Assembly: GCA_013239625.1 (NCBI GenBank)
Contig: MU053559.1
Span: forward strand, 2,710,324 to 2,774,323
Source of the DNA: Lama guanicoe
Lineage: Eukaryota
Length of the DNA: 64,000 nt
Direction of reading: 5' to 3'
Of the stretch, positions 28,069-40,435 are shown piece by piece. The position numbers were made by a program, and so were the translations under genes. The notes beneath the pieces were generated by a model. The model worked only from the letters and a program-made list of their open reading frames with translations. It did not search any database and was not told where the DNA came from. Each line of letters starts with the position of its first letter. Positions within the stretch are counted from its first letter, which is position 1.

Positions 28069-31000
28069 CTGTAAAGATGATGGAAAGCAAATATCAGTAA
28101 CAGTACAGTAGTGTTTGGGTAAAGTAATTAAGAATATAAAATGTAAAACATAAGTATGATCTATACTACACAGATTTAAGTAATAGCAGAACATAACTTT
28201 ATTTTTTAATAAAACAGAATATACAAACATACACAAACATGACAAGAAACCACATATATTCACTGTTGTTACCAATTTTTGTCAATGTTAATTATTAAAA
28301 ATAACATTAAAATCTATAGCAAGTGAGCATACGTCTTACAAAGTTCAAAATGGCAACATTAAGCAAGTAAAAAATCCCTTATAATCTATAATTTCAAAAC
28401 ATGGTATTTAAAAACTGAGTTCCAAGTCAAAAAATATAGTAAAGTCAGTATCTGATTTTTAAAAAGCATATTAAAACAAAAACTCTAATTTTTTCCTTAC
28501 ACCATATTTCATACCAACATTTATAAAGAAGTCAAAGACCAGGATGACATGAGTAATAACACACGGGGAAATAAGTTGCATTTCTCTATCAGTTCTTCAG
28601 AATTATTAAAAGTCAAACTACTTAGAAGGCAAGAATAGTAAACAGTCCCAATATTAACAAGTACCTCTTAAAAATAAAATTAAAATGTATGTATTTCAGC
28701 TTTTATTTTCAATTGTTCTTGATATTGCACCACCAGGTTATAAATGACTCAACAAAAGCAACCATGAACCAGGAATCAAAAGAGGGTTCTAGCTTACTTA
28801 AATACTACGATTTTCATCCTTTAATGACAAATCTCTTTTTTTTAATGTTCTCTCTACCTAGATTTCATAGTTGGATTTCAAGGAGTCTGGGAGCCTTTCA
28901 AAATTATATGCATAATATATATGTGGATCCTCAAACACAAGGTTCACAGCTGTCATCAATTTCTCATTGGTATCATAGACTAACTCTCTCACTGACTCTC
29001 GTAACTGTAAAATTCAACCGTAACATTCAGTAAGCCTGGGGCAAGGCCTGGAAAGGTGCCTTTTTTCAGTTCTGCGAGGGATTCTGTTCCCTAGACTAGC
29101 ACCTCAGAACAGCTGAACTAAATAAGCATAAAGAGCAAAACAAAATATATAATGAACTTTAAAATCAAACAACATTTTTGGATCAAAAGTAAAGTATTGC
29201 TCTCTCCATTATGTAATTGTTAAATATCACATGTTAACTAATCAGAGATGAGACAAAATGAAAAACATCACCTTTAAAAGATGAAAATTAGCTCTTTGTG
29301 AAAAGCACATAAAAATAATAGTAATACAAGCTCTATGTATATAAACGTCCCCTTTATCTACACTTGTTGAGGGGTATCCTTATTCCCTACTCCACCTTTC
29401 TAACACAGCTCTCCTTGAGTGTTCCTGTCCAAATCTCACCTCACTACATCATTGAGAGAGATGGCATTACAGGTCAAGAGAACGAAGAAGAGATGGAAAA
29501 TCTGTGCCCATTTCCCCCAATCTTCTTATTCCTCTAATAAAGGTGACATGGAAGAGAAGATCGGCAGCTAGCTGGCATTCTACTACCATCTCAAACTTCC
29601 TCCAGGCTCAGTCCTAGTTCCTCCTGTGTCAAGGGCCTTCCTATCCCAAAAGTTACTAAATCCAGTGCCATCTTTTGTGGTGTGAAAACCAATTTATATT
29701 TAAATTCTTTAAGGTTCTCTTCAAAGTGGAACATAACTGTACAACTAAGAAAAAAACCTCCACTTGGCAAGTCTCAATTGGAGGTAGAAATTTTTAACAA
29801 ATATTGCCATAAAATGTTCTGAAATTAAACTTTATTCAGAAATTAATACATTATTTTTAGAATTAACAGAATTAATTAAATCTAGAAGAAACAATTTTAC
29901 CCCAAGGGTCAACCATAAATGAGAAGTCTCACATCACCATGATTCTACTTTTCAAAACACAAACTGTAATTAACCCCTCTTAAACAGCTTCAGAAGCAGT
30001 AAGTGTATCTACTTATTTTAACTGCATACATGAACTGTGCCATAAAATAGAAATATCTCAGAGACTTTTTTCAAAAGCCCACTTTACTTTCTATAATCTT
30101 CTGACCTTTGTAGTACCACAAAGTAACATGGAAGATTTCAAGAAACAGTTAAGGTCTATGGCATATACAAGCAGGTAATGATATAAAAAAATTCAAAGAG
30201 AAATAAGTTTTACAAAGATAATAAAGAGCTTGGTGCTTAAAAAGTAATAACGTTTAGCTCAAAGTAAGTAGTCTGTATCTGTTAGTGCTCTCTGAGACAT
30301 CAGCCATTATTATCGTGGTTATCAAGCAGTTATGTAGGCTGTCTAAAATAAACTACCCAAATCAACTTAACAATAATGGCCTAATGTCTCTAAATAAAGC
30401 ACACAGCCTTCCATTAGAGCGACCAACCTTTAAGCACTCAAAGTTCTGAGTCTGTGGGAAACTCCTCAGTCCTGGGCAAAACAGGACATTGATCACCCTC
30501 CCTCCTATTTCCCTTCTCAATAACTAACAGAAAGAGAGGTGGAGTAAGCTCGAAAATGTATTCATCATTATTCAAACTGTCCTCTTCAAATTCGACACGA
30601 AAGTATTTCTCCTGTGGTACTCATGCTACACAGGTGTTTTCCTCTCAAGAGCAATGTTCTTCAAGTGAGACAACCTCAACAGAGTAAAATGAGGACTTAC
30701 CAAAATACTTAGTTTCACATTTATGAAATGTCTCTCAAAAGTTATCATTCAAACTGACAAGTAGATATGAAAGTTAGTTTTAAAGCACTAGATACAATCA
30801 ATTAAATGAAAATAAGCTGTCTTCAAAAAAGAAAAAGAAAAAAAAAGAAAAGAAGTCATCTTCCTATTCCCATAAATTAATTTTAAAAAGATTTTAAGGG
30901 TCTATATTTTAAATGGTTTATATAATTGGATGGATATATAATTAAGGAAAAAGCATAAAAAATTAACTTTATAAATTAATATATCAATGAGTTAAATTCT

Positions 31001-31563
31001 TTTTCTAATTTAACCTCATCTTAGAAACAAATATTGCTGCATTTATTACCTTCCCACCATTTATTCTGCAAATACACTGATCAGTACTAAATACTGAGTT
31101 TCATTCAGAGAAAACAGAAATCTTTTATGTTTCTTCAGAAAACTGCATTTAGTAGAATTATGAGATAATGAGTCTGGTCTAGATGATGATTTAATCCACA
31201 CTACGTCTTAATTCATGTATACAAATTATATTCAAATTTCCTACAGCTCTTGCACTGCCTCAGGCATTTTTAGGCATTTTTAAAACTGAGACTACAGCCA
31301 ACATCTTTCTGTATGGTTAAAAAATGAAGTCACTTATAGCAAAACACTGACTTTCTAAAACCTAGAATCCTTGTATCGGTCTAAAATTTTCATGAATGAT
31401 GATTTAATTTTTCATACACTCTAATTAAAATTTTTATTGTTCAAGAGAGAAAGTTTTAAAGAAATCCAGCTTGAACTTAATGAATATTCTTTAACTTTTA
31501 TTGGCTATCTTAAAGTACACTAAGTAAATATGTCAACACATACTTATTGATAAACACACCCAA

Positions 31564-31766
31564 TTGGCTTTATTCCTTTGATAACTATGTAAGTTTAAAA
31601 AGCTAAAGCTCTAATCTGTTCTTAGAAACAATAATTAGCACATATATGCAAACTAAAAAAATGTGCAGTATACTGTATATATGTATTTACATGCAATATG
31701 TGTATGTGAGGTCGAACTGTAATAATTCTACCTAATAAAACTGAAAGAGGGGGAAAAAAAAGAAAA
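31564..31766 (+). repeat. Dispersed copy of the 3' tail (AATAAA + A-rich end) of the 35165-37951 element
   Basis: Collinear with 37752-37951 at roughly 80% identity by eye, from TTGGCTTTATTC to TTCTACCTAATAAAACTGAAA. Confidence 0.88.
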
Positions 31767-32083
31767 ATCTCACCTTAAACTATGTATGATGCTTAAAACT
31801 ATAATAAAAAGTTAAAGTATATCTTGATAATTACCAGTAACTTTAATACCACAAAGCAGGAATCACTGAGCTATCACATACGCATCTCTGTATATTCATT
31901 TTTCCTAAAAGATTGACAAATCCTGTTTTTAATCACCCAAAGTCTTCTACAATATAATTAATACACAAATAATCAATCTTGTTCACTAGCACAGATAATT
32001 TTAATTCAACCCAGTTCACCGGCATATCTATTTTAGACACAGGCTGTTCACAATAACTGGTCTCACATGTTCCACTTGTATAA

Positions 32084-32097
32084 GTAGCCATGGCAAC
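32084..32097. promoter_or_regulatory. RFX X-box-like palindrome GTAGCCATGGCAAC
   Basis: 13/14 match to the palindrome GTTGCCATGGCAAC in non-repeat intron sequence; motif only, no binding evidence. Confidence 0.4.
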
Positions 32098-32232
32098 CAA
32101 TACAGTTAGATTCAACAATTCTAGGGGAAAAAAACTGTACAGGATTTATGACTGTTATTATTATTATTACTATTATTTGCCACGAAGTGATCTGACTACA
32201 TGTAGAAAACTATGGTACTTAACAATACTTAC

Positions 32233-32287
32233 TTTCAGCATTGGACAAAGTGCAGGGATTACAGTCAACCAAAGCTAACTGAAAATG
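32233..32287 (-). CDS. KDM6A: KDM6A exon 7 (55 nt), [18 protein letters not shown](I)
   Basis: Acceptor TTCTTGCAG|CATTTT, donor GAAA|GTAAGT. Confidence 0.96.
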
Positions 32288-35259
32288 CTGCAAGAAGAGA
32301 GTGAGAAAATTAATGCACTAAATTCAGCCATATAAATGTATTTTAAAATAATTTTCAGGTATGTAAGGTCTCACATAATAATGAAACCGTGCTATGCAAA
32401 TAAAACATACTAGACAACCAACTAGAACTACCTTGAACATACACTGCTGACAAACAGGCTGCTGTTATTATTTTCTTCAGCTGAGAATGGAGAATTGGGG
32501 GAAGAATTAACATGATATCAAGTTATCCTATGTACATTTTTGTTTACATGGAAAAAAAATTTTTTTAAGTCTTTGAGTAAATAGGAAGTATTAGTTGTAA
32601 AATATTTCAAATAGAAAACATTATTTTAAAAACTGGAAGTAAAAGTTCAATGGTATTAATGTCAGAAAACCACTGTTTATCTTATCCCAAAATGAGGAGT
32701 AAATTGTAAAAACAAACAAAAAAAGACTATGAGAATTATCATAAAGGGTAAAACTATCTGACCTTACTGACTCTTCCAATAATCACTGTACTTATAGCCT
32801 CTGTTGATCTTGAAATATAATTATCCTTTTATAATGTGTATGCTATTATATGTGTAGGCAATATTAAACCACTAATAATTTATAGCATCCACTTGTAATA
32901 ATATCACATAAGCCTGCCCCCTCCCAAAAAACCATGTCAAATTCAATGCGTAACACTAATCTTTAAGATAAATGCAAATTGTCATCAAGAACACTGGGTG
33001 ACATTTGGCATCTAGTTTATCAACATTAAACCTGCTGTATAAACTAATTAAGAGAAGGTGAACCAGTACTAGAGTTGGTGTAAAATCTTTTAAGATTAAA
33101 AAAAGTAAAACGCTTTGAACTCTTCTCAAAAACATTTTTAGAAATGTATATTCAAATTTTCCGAGTCACCACAATTTTCTTCCATTAAAAGAAATTAAAA
33201 GCCAAAGCACAAACCATTTTCTAAAAATTGACCACAATAAGCTCATCCTTATCCACAATACAAATGTCTGAAGAATGCTGGACAAACTGAAAATTGATAC
33301 GCACAGTGACAACTTCTAGGTATAAGCTCAAAAGAAACTTTCTTTAGCAAGAGAAATAATCATCAGCAAGCCTTTAGTACTGTATTTTCAACACAGAATC
33401 AACAAAATTGTATTTGGTCAACTAGAAGCCTCAATTAACAAAAATAAACTAATGTCAGCTACCCGGTGTTAGGATGGAAGAAAGGCGTCATTTGGTGTGA
33501 ACCAGTAGCTACCGTCTTCATTCACGAACGTCTGTTATGTGCACATTTGCATTACTCTTAATATTTAAAAGCTGTAATATTCTGAATGGGCAAGCTACTA
33601 ACAAAATAATTATGACTTTGAAATATTAAATATATTAATCCATTCAACAAATATTTCTTAAGACACTATAATGTCTTTAAGACAACAGATAGTAGGGACA
33701 CAGTGATCAACAAAACAAAAGTGAAAAGTTATTTGCCGAGGTTGACTGAATGAAAAAAAAAATCCAACATCTGAACACTTCAAGAACTGCTTAAAAAAAA
33801 AAAACTGCTTTTACTTTCCCCTGGCCTACTAAGCAGACTGTGTGTCCTCAAACATCCTTTTAGTAGGGTGCTACCATAGCAATAGAAAACAGGCTATTTT
33901 AAAAAGTGAGTACTAGGAAAGCAAAGCATGCTTTATAGCCAATTGTTTTCCTCCCAACAAAAAAGAGCAGCACAGCAGCCACACACTTGGGCTGTACTAC
34001 ATTTCTAACTCTACTCTAGCCTGCCAGCATAAATTAATATTTAGATAAGAGAAGACAGACCTTTCCTAAGTGAGCCAAAGGATACATGCTGACCTGCAAA
34101 GAAACATCCTTCGAGATGGCAGTATTTTAGTTTTACTCTTACACTGAAATCCCACAAAGAGCAGAGAGATGCATAACTGGCATTGCCCAGCCTACATTTC
34201 ATCTATCAATATGCAAAGTTCTGCAATGAAACCTGGCGGAAGTAGTTTGGGATCATGTTTTATATAATTACTTAAAAGTAGCAATGAACTCACTGATGTA
34301 CCATTTCAAGCCCACAACATCATGAAATATTAAACATTTCCAAACAGGAATGATATAGAAAAATTAACTCAGCAAAAGAGTACATATTCAAAAACAGGCA
34401 TGTGAGAATGAAAGAACTTAGAAAAATAATTACTAAGTATAAGAAACTAAGATTATTGGCCACACAAAACCACATCACATAAAGAAAACCACCGATAGCC
34501 TTTCAGTAAACTAAAGGGAGATGAGGGACTGGGGTGGGATGGCATGACCTCACAGTTTCATTTTTAGTATCTACATCAGATGCAAAACAGATGTACCTAT
34601 TAACATATAAATCAGAAGAAACAGCTATCATTTATAATAATCAGCCCCCAAACCTGAAAATGCCGTGGTAAAATAGCTAGTACCCACCTGTGCAACCAAC
34701 CAACAGAAAGAGCTAGGAAATATCTGTACCTCACACTGAAATATTACAATACTGAAACAGACTACTCTGTGTGAAATAGTTACTACACAGCAGAAGCTTC
34801 TACAGTTCAAAGACTACATACAAACCTCCAGGCAGAAAGCATTCTACAGAAAATTAATTTCCAAGCAAGATTTACCTAGACATTTTTTTAAATGTTATAG
34901 TGATTTTCTTTTAATAGAGCACTTCTGATCCAATTTAACACAAGGTTCGATTCATTATCATTTCTACTGACATCTTATCAAAGTCACTTTCTGTTTAAAA
35001 GTTTTTGGCTTGCTCAGTATTTCAATATAACTTTGTAATATTTTGCTTTATATAGAATAAGAAACTCGTTATCTCTGGGGGGGGTGATCTATGTTGATCT
35101 AATTAACATGTAAGACTGAAGTTTCAAGACTTTATTTCCCTTTAAAGTGTTTTACTTCTAGCTGATTTCCGGTCAAGATAGTGGAGTGGTAGGACCACGA
35201 GCTCACCTCTCCTACTGACTACAACAAAACCACAACCGACTGCTAAACAACCATCAAAA

Positions 35260-35273
35260 NNNNNNNNNNNNNN
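35260..35273. other. Assembly gap (14 N) inside a poly(A) run
   Basis: Run of N flanked by A tracts. Confidence 0.99.
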
Positions 35274-36259
35274 AAAAAAAAAAAAAAAAAAAGACTAGAA
35301 CCTAAAAAAAAAGATTTTCTTCAACTGGGGAACCACAGCAGGACGGTAGGAGGGGCATGCTCGCGATATAATAGGGCCCCATATCCCCCAGGTGGGGGCG
35401 ACCCACAAGCTGAAGTCTAAGTCTCAGAGGCCCTCCCACAGGAGTGAGAACCGCACGTCAGGCTCCCCAGCCCGGGGCTCCGGCACTGGGAGGAGGAGGA
35501 GACCCAGGACACCTGGTTTTGAAGGCCAGCGGGGCTTAGCTCCAGGAGCCCCACAGGACTGGGGGAAACAGAGACTTCACTCTCTTGGAAAGTGTACACA
35601 GAATCTCACATGCACCAGGTCCAAGGGCAGAGGCAGTGATTTCATAGGAACCTGGCCCAGACCTGCCTGCTGGTTTTGGAAGGTCTCCTGGAGACTATAG
35701 GGGACAGCTGCAGCTCACCCAGGGGACATAAAAGCTAGCAGCAGACACTTCAGGAGTGTTCATCTACATGAGCTTTCCTGGAGGCTGGAGTCTTGACAGG
35801 ATCATTAGCACCAAGACCGAGCCCCACCCAACACCCTGTAGGGAAGCCTCAGGCCAAACAACATACTGGATGGGAACACAGCCCCACCCATCAGCTGACT
35901 TCTAAGCCACAAACACCTTTAGATATGACCCTACCCACCAGAGGTCCAGGACCAAGCTTCACCCAGCAGTGCGCAGGCATCGACCCCTCCTGCCAGGAAA
36001 CCTGCATAAGCCTCTAGTCCAGCCTCATCCACCAGGGGGCAGATATCAGAAATAAGAAAACAACAATCTCAAAGCCTGTGAAAGAAAGCCACAAACACAG
36101 GCCAGACTCTACACTAGGACCTGCTGGACCCTGGCCCTTGGGTGACCAGAGGGGAGTGCACTGCCAGAATACATAGGACATCTCCCACAGAGGGCCACCT
36201 CTCCAAGGTCAAGAAACGTAACTAACCTACCTAAAAATAGGAATAGAAAGATAGACAAA

Positions 36260-37146
36260 ATGAGGCAGCAGAGGAATATCTCCCAGGCCAAGGCACAAGA
36301 CAAAATCCCAGAAGAAATAAGTGAGGAAGAGATAGGCAATTTATCTGAGAAACAGTTTAAAGTGATGATGGCCAAGATGTTCAGAGAACTCAAGAGGAGT
36401 ATAGATGCACAGAGCAAAGTTTTTAGCAAAGAGTTGGAAAATATAAAGAATATCCAGAGTTAAAGAATAAAATCACTGAAATGAATAACACACTAGAAGG
36501 AACCAATAATAGACTAAATGAGGCAGAAGAACATATCAGTAAGCTAGAAGACAGATTAGTGGAAATCACTACTGCGGAACAGAAAAAAGAATGAAAAGAA
36601 ATGAGGGTAGTTTTAAGAGAAAACTCTGGGACAACATGAAGCTCATTAATAGTCACATCATAGGGGTCCCAGAAAGAGAAGAGAGAAAGAAAGGCCCTGA
36701 AAAAATACTTGAAGAGATAATAACCCAAAACTTCCCCAACTTGGGAAAGGAAACAGTCACCCAAGTCCAGGAAGAGCAGAGAGTTCCACACATGATCAAC
36801 CCAAAGAGGAACACACTAAGGAACATAGTCATCAAATTGACAAAAATTAAGGATAAGGGGAAAATATTAAAATTAGCAAGAGAAAAACAACAAACAACAT
36901 ACAAGGGAACTCCCATAAGCCTATCAACTGATTTTTCAGCAGAAACTCTACAGGCCAGAAGGGAGTGACAGGATATATTTAAAGTGGTGAAAGAGCGGAA
37001 AACTTACAACCAATGATACTCTATCCACAGCAAGGCTCTCACTCAGATTTGATGGAGAAATCAAAAGCTTCACAGATAAACAAAAGCTAAAAGAATTCAG
37101 CACCACCAAACCAGCTTTACAACAAATGTTAAAGGAACTTCTCTAG
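36260..37146 (+). pseudogene. Frameshifted L1 ORF1p
   Basis: MRQQRNISQAKAQDK... (36260) and IIGVPEREERKKGPEKILEEIITQNFPNL...PISLSTDFSAETLQARRE (ORF 36591..36968); terminal LKELL* at about 37146. Confidence 0.9.
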
Positions 37147-40129
37147 TTATCAAACCATAAGAAAAGAGAACAAAAAGAAGAAAGAGGAGGGAGCCCTACA
37201 AAAGATTTCTTTGCCAGTCTGGGGTCTTTTACAGTTCCATATAAATTTTGGAATTGTTTATTCCAGTTCTGTGAAAAATGTCATGAGTATTTTGACAGGG
37301 GTTGCATTAGATCTGTGCATTGCTTTGGGTAGTACACCCATTTTGATAGTGTTGATTCTTCCAACCCAAGAGCACAAGATATCTTTCCATTTCTTTGTGT
37401 CGTCTTCAATTTTCTTTATCAATGTTTTACAGTTTTCAGAGTATGGGTAGCCTCCTTGGTTAGGTTTATTTCTAGGTGTTTTGTTGTTTTTGATGCAATG
37501 GTAATGTTTATGCCAGTTATAAAATTCTGGTTTTTGAAGTGAAAAGGAAAAAAAAAAAGTGAAGGGCTGCAAATGGCAAAATATCTCTTTCTTATGGGTG
37601 AGTAATATTCCATTATATATATATGCTGAATCTTCTTTATCCATTCATCTACTGATATGCATTTAGGATGCTTCCATATCCTGGCAATTGTAAGTAATGT
37701 TGCTGTTAAAAGTGGGACATATATCTTTTTGAATTAATTCTTATTTTGTGGTTGGCTTTATTCTTTTGATAACTATTTAAGTTTAAAAACTTAAAGCCCT
37801 AAACGCTCTTAGAAACAATGAACAGTACATATATGTAAATTTTTTAAAATATGTGCAGTATATTGTGTATATGTATTTACATGCAATATATTGTATATGT
37901 GCAGTCAAACTGTAACAGTTCTACCTAATAAAACTGAAAAATGAAAAAAAAAAAGTGTTTTACTTCCAGCTGTATAGTCTGTGATTATCTCACAGATTTT
38001 TTCAGTTGTAGAACCCTCCAACTGTATTCCCAATCCTGAAGACAAGCATTGAGATAACTTTTCATAATCAACAAATTACGACTGTATAGATAAATTATTA
38101 ATTTGGAGCAATGTTTGGATTCCATTTCCAGTCTTGGATGTTCTGATTCAGTGGGTTGGGGATGACATCCTCTGAACCAGATAAAAGCTTCTACAAATTA
38201 TTCCAACACAGCTGGGGTTAAATGCCACTCTTTAAACTTTGTAAATTGTGTGCTTACCCCCAAAAAGCCTTACTTCAAGATTCTGGAGACAAGGTATGTG
38301 TAGTCAATACTTCTGTCTATATTCAAGTAAAGCAGACAGGGGAACAAACTGTTGGCAACCAGCTTTTACTCTATGTCATGCACTCTGATATGGCTATGCT
38401 TCTACAAAACTCAGTAAAAGGCTCACTGAAATTAATGCTCTAATAGAAGTTTCAAAGACAATTCCATAATGGCATCCAAAAGATATAGATGAGAGAAGAA
38501 AAGAGGTCCTTCAGGCTGAGGAAACAAGTTTACATTATGAAACAGGGTTTTATGGACCATTTAAGTGAGAAAAGGGAAGGTCTGTCAGGTACTCTTGTAA
38601 GTCAAAGGCAAATTCTTTTTTCATTTTCATTGTTACAGATTGTCACAATTCTGAAAGTATGATTTAAAACTAATAGTATCTGATAAATGAATGAAACTAT
38701 AGAAATGTCTTAGGATGAGATGATACTTCAGGGATTTGGTCTCTGAAAATACGATACAGAACTAAAATTTGTAAGTTTTGGTAAATTTGTGAGTCACACT
38801 GCCTGGCCAAGGTAATCTGACTGAGGTTCTCTCAAAGCCCTCAAACTCAGTTCTTCCAATTCTCTTTGTAATACAAGATTATTACAACACTTTCGAGAAG
38901 GGACTTTACTGCACCAATGACTAATAGCTAATGGATCCTGGCAATCTTCACTCAAAAAAGAGGCTCCTTCTTTGAAGTTTAACAACCTGGTCTCTTCCTA
39001 AAATTCCTCTAACAAAAAAGTAAGACAGAAGACACTCCATACTGAAGATGTTAAGAATTATATTTCTACTCCTTCTTTTAGGCTCTAGACTTATTATATC
39101 TGTCTACAACATCTGCTATCCCTCGGGTACCTCCAACTTGATACATTCCCAAATGACCCACCTCCATTCAGAGGCTTGGAATCCAATCCTAAAAACCTGC
39201 TGCTACTTTATCCTCTACTTTTAGTTAAAAGAAAAGTGATTCAAGCCAGTAAGTGGGGAATCTCTACTCACGTTGAATCCATTAATAAATTAACTCCTTT
39301 ATTAACTCCTCAAAATCTCTAGGATATATGCCTTTTATCCATCCATCCTATGAGAACCCATTTATTCTACATATCTTGCTCACCTTTCTTCCTATAACTG
39401 TGTCCTACCTAGTCTCCCAATTCCTCATTCCTATCACGTTTCATAAAATTTTACAGGTATGCAACTGATTAGAAATTTTAAAACACTGGTTCTAGTATGT
39501 GTTTAATCTGTGCACATATATCATCAGAATATGGACTGACTTAATTTCCAAGTTCTTTAAATCTAGTGTACAATTTGTGTTCATGTCAAAATAAGACTGA
39601 TGTGTACACAAATAACAAAGTGAACACAATATATATTTTATAAAGGAGATAATGCAACAATCTGCACTATCAAATGTTGTTTTGGAACAAACTTTTTAGA
39701 AAAAAAATGTGATACTAGAGATACTGCATATCTATGAGTAGTCGTGTCCTTTACAAACATGTATTTCAGGAGCTGAAGTACTTGAGCCACTTACACTACT
39801 TCACACTTGAAGGTACGTAATAGAACTCAGGGCAGAAATATCAAACGCAAAAAAACAAAACTGGGCAGGCAGAGTGAAGAGGAGAAGGCATTATTAAGTG
39901 GCTAGACAAACCAATTAGCAAATCACCTCATACCAGATAATAATATCTAGGAAAGATTAAAAAGTACAGTGTAAGTTGCTGAATAGTAGAAAAGGGAAAG
40001 AGCAGAGGAAAGATTTTTGTCTATAAATAAGGGAAAGGGAAAGTGGACAGAAGACAAAATAAACAGCAATGACCATCCTCTGCCAAAAGGAACAGGGGCA
40101 TTACACTCAGGTGAAACCAAGTTCCACTG

Positions 40130-40435
40130 CCAATGTGGGAACTGGGGAGGTGATGTTTAAAGGTACAAATCTGAAACCAGTAGATAGCTAGATCTAATGC
40201 ACAGCATAGAAGTTACAGCCCACAACACTGCATTATAAACTTCAAAGCTGCTAAGAGACTACATCTTAGTTATTCTCACACACACAAAAACACAGATAAC
40301 TATGTGACATGGTAAAGGTGTTAGCTAACGCTATGGGGATGATCATACTGTAACACATCAATGTCTCACATCAACACGTTATATACACCTTAAACCGACT
40401 CAAAGTTATATGTCAAATTATACCCCAATAAAACA
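40130..40435 (+). mobile_element. L1MA-like 3' UTR fragment
   Basis: GGGAACTGGGGAGGTGATGTTTAAAGGTACAAA...GCTAAGAGACTACATCTTAG...TATGTCAAATTATACCCCAATAAAA. Confidence 0.8.

Larger units (their letters stand above)
35165..37951 (+). mobile_element. Composite L1-derived retroelement (HAL1-like): 5'UTR, ORF1, inverted ORF2 fragments and a polyadenylated tail
   Basis: TSD AAAGTGTTTTACTTC(T/C)AGCTG at 35144-35164 and 37952-37972; GC-rich 5'UTR; ORF1 remnants; antisense ORF2 peptides; AATAAA + poly(A). Confidence 0.88.

Noticed and set aside
28689..29033. 114-aa + strand ORF as an antisense gene (likewise 42421..42807)
   Set aside because: No recognisable domain. It overlaps AT-rich or repeat-derived intron sequence and has no supporting gene structure.
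34684..34697. Displaced copy of the missing exon 17 start (GTTGCACAGGT on the minus strand)
   Set aside because: Only an ~11-nt match, in the wrong intron and with no flanking similarity; expected by chance.
35392..36017. Novel protein-coding ORFs (102 aa, 74 aa)
   Set aside because: Chance ORFs in a GC-rich L1 5'UTR, starting at non-ATG codons in the track.
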